From Ramazzottius varieornatus (taxonomy: Eukaryota; Animalia; Tardigrada): DNA of 64,000 bases. This document shows, one piece after another, positions 63,110-64,000 of the stretch. The DNA is taken from contig BDGG01000002.1 in the NCBI GenBank assembly GCA_001949185.1, positions 2,663,826 through 2,727,825 on the forward strand. Reading direction: 5' to 3'. A program made the translations under genes and the position numbers. Under the pieces are notes generated by a model. The model had not been told where the DNA came from. It ran no database searches and saw only the letters and a list, made by a program, of their open reading frames with translations. Every line of letters begins with the position of its first letter. The stretch's first letter is position 1.

Positions 63110-63854
63110 TCAGTTTTTGACATCGTGGCCTTGTTGTTGCGTGTTGTCATCGCATCTTCCCAACCTGGAGATGTGGATTTGTCGGCCCGTTTCTTCTCGT
63201 GCAAGGCACAAGAGACATTCGTTGTTGTAAGAGACGCCATCGCTGCCGCAAATGGGGAAGTACATCCGATTGCAGCCAATTCTTGGCTGATACTGCGAGC
63301 AATCAACCTACGAAGCAATGCTCGCGTAAACACGATCTTAGAAAAATGGAACGGATTCGCAAACTTTACCTTGTTGGAGTCGTCCACGCCGGCCGGCGGC
63401 TGGTCGTTCTGGATTTCCAGTGGTTGATCGCCGTTATTACATTCACCTGAGAGAGAAAACACCGTTAACAAATGTCGGATCCCTTTCTACCCAGTGCCGA
63501 GCTGTAAAATGCCACGATAAAGAAATGTTACTAGAGCAAACTCACCTTCATATTGGATAGTGATATCTTCCCGGTTGTTCTCCGCGTTGTCGTACTTTTT
63601 GACGCATAGCTCGCACAGGTTTGCGTAAGTCTTGTCGTTGCTTCCGCACAGCGGAATGAAGATTTTCGGACAACCGATTTTCATTTCCGGTTTACATTCC
63701 TGCCACACATGGAATAGACTTGTTGATCAGTTTCAAACATGGTATTAACACAACCGGAAGTGTTTGCTTCGTTGCTGCGACGTACCGGCTGGATGTTCCG
63801 CTTTCCGCTGACCACGCTCACCCCAACAATCAACACTGCGAAAGTCCAGAGCAT
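63110..63854 (-). CDS. Secreted two-domain Kazal-type serine protease inhibitor
   Basis: Exon 63854-63786 encodes the signal peptide MLWTFAVLIVGVSVVSG. Kazal 1 is CKPEMKIGCPKIFIPLCGSNDKTYANLCELC..GEC. Kazal 2 is CSQYQPRIGCNRMYFPICGSDGVSYNNECLLC..GRC. Stop at 63110. Confidence 0.9.
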
Positions 63855-64000
63855 TCTGATACCAACCGGATATTCACTACAGAGGTCGAGAAAGATCAGA
63901 AAATATGGGTCAACGATACGGGAAATTATGGATTGTTTATGGGCAGTTTATAGTTAGCAATGGGTCCTTGTTCTGGTTATATGGCATTTCAAGCCAAGCC

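Overview
Eukaryotic, intron-rich animal DNA with short GT-AG introns and compact gene spacing. The style suggests a compact invertebrate genome such as a tardigrade, but that is inference only. No prokaryotic features, rRNA, tRNA or CRISPR array were seen. Genes reconstructed by hand, left to right: (1) a 13-exon, micro-exon-built secreted Cys-rich three-repeat protein (2211-3992, -), almost invisible to the ORF track; (2) Rab3; (3) Ssdp/SSBP; (4) PARL rhomboid; (5) a receptor-guanylyl-cyclase pseudogene fragment; (6) an EGFR-ligand-like membrane precursor; (7) an intronless amine-type GPCR; (8) a sigma-class GST; (9) a frameshifted SLC16/MCT transporter; (10) a 16-kb block of secreted-protein genes. 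That block holds two large tandem genes, each with two catalytically dead astacin-like domains and mucin-like Ser/Thr/Gly tracts (one ending in a hemopexin-like domain), plus a fibrinogen-related protein and a two-domain Kazal inhibitor. Mobile DNA includes a CRE-like non-LTR retrotransposon interrupted by a Tc5/pogo-like transposon, a second truncated CRE-like copy, TTAA- and TA-flanked MITEs and a ~500-bp foldback. The best candidates for undescribed biology are the pseudo-astacin/mucin family and the micro-exon three-repeat secreted protein.
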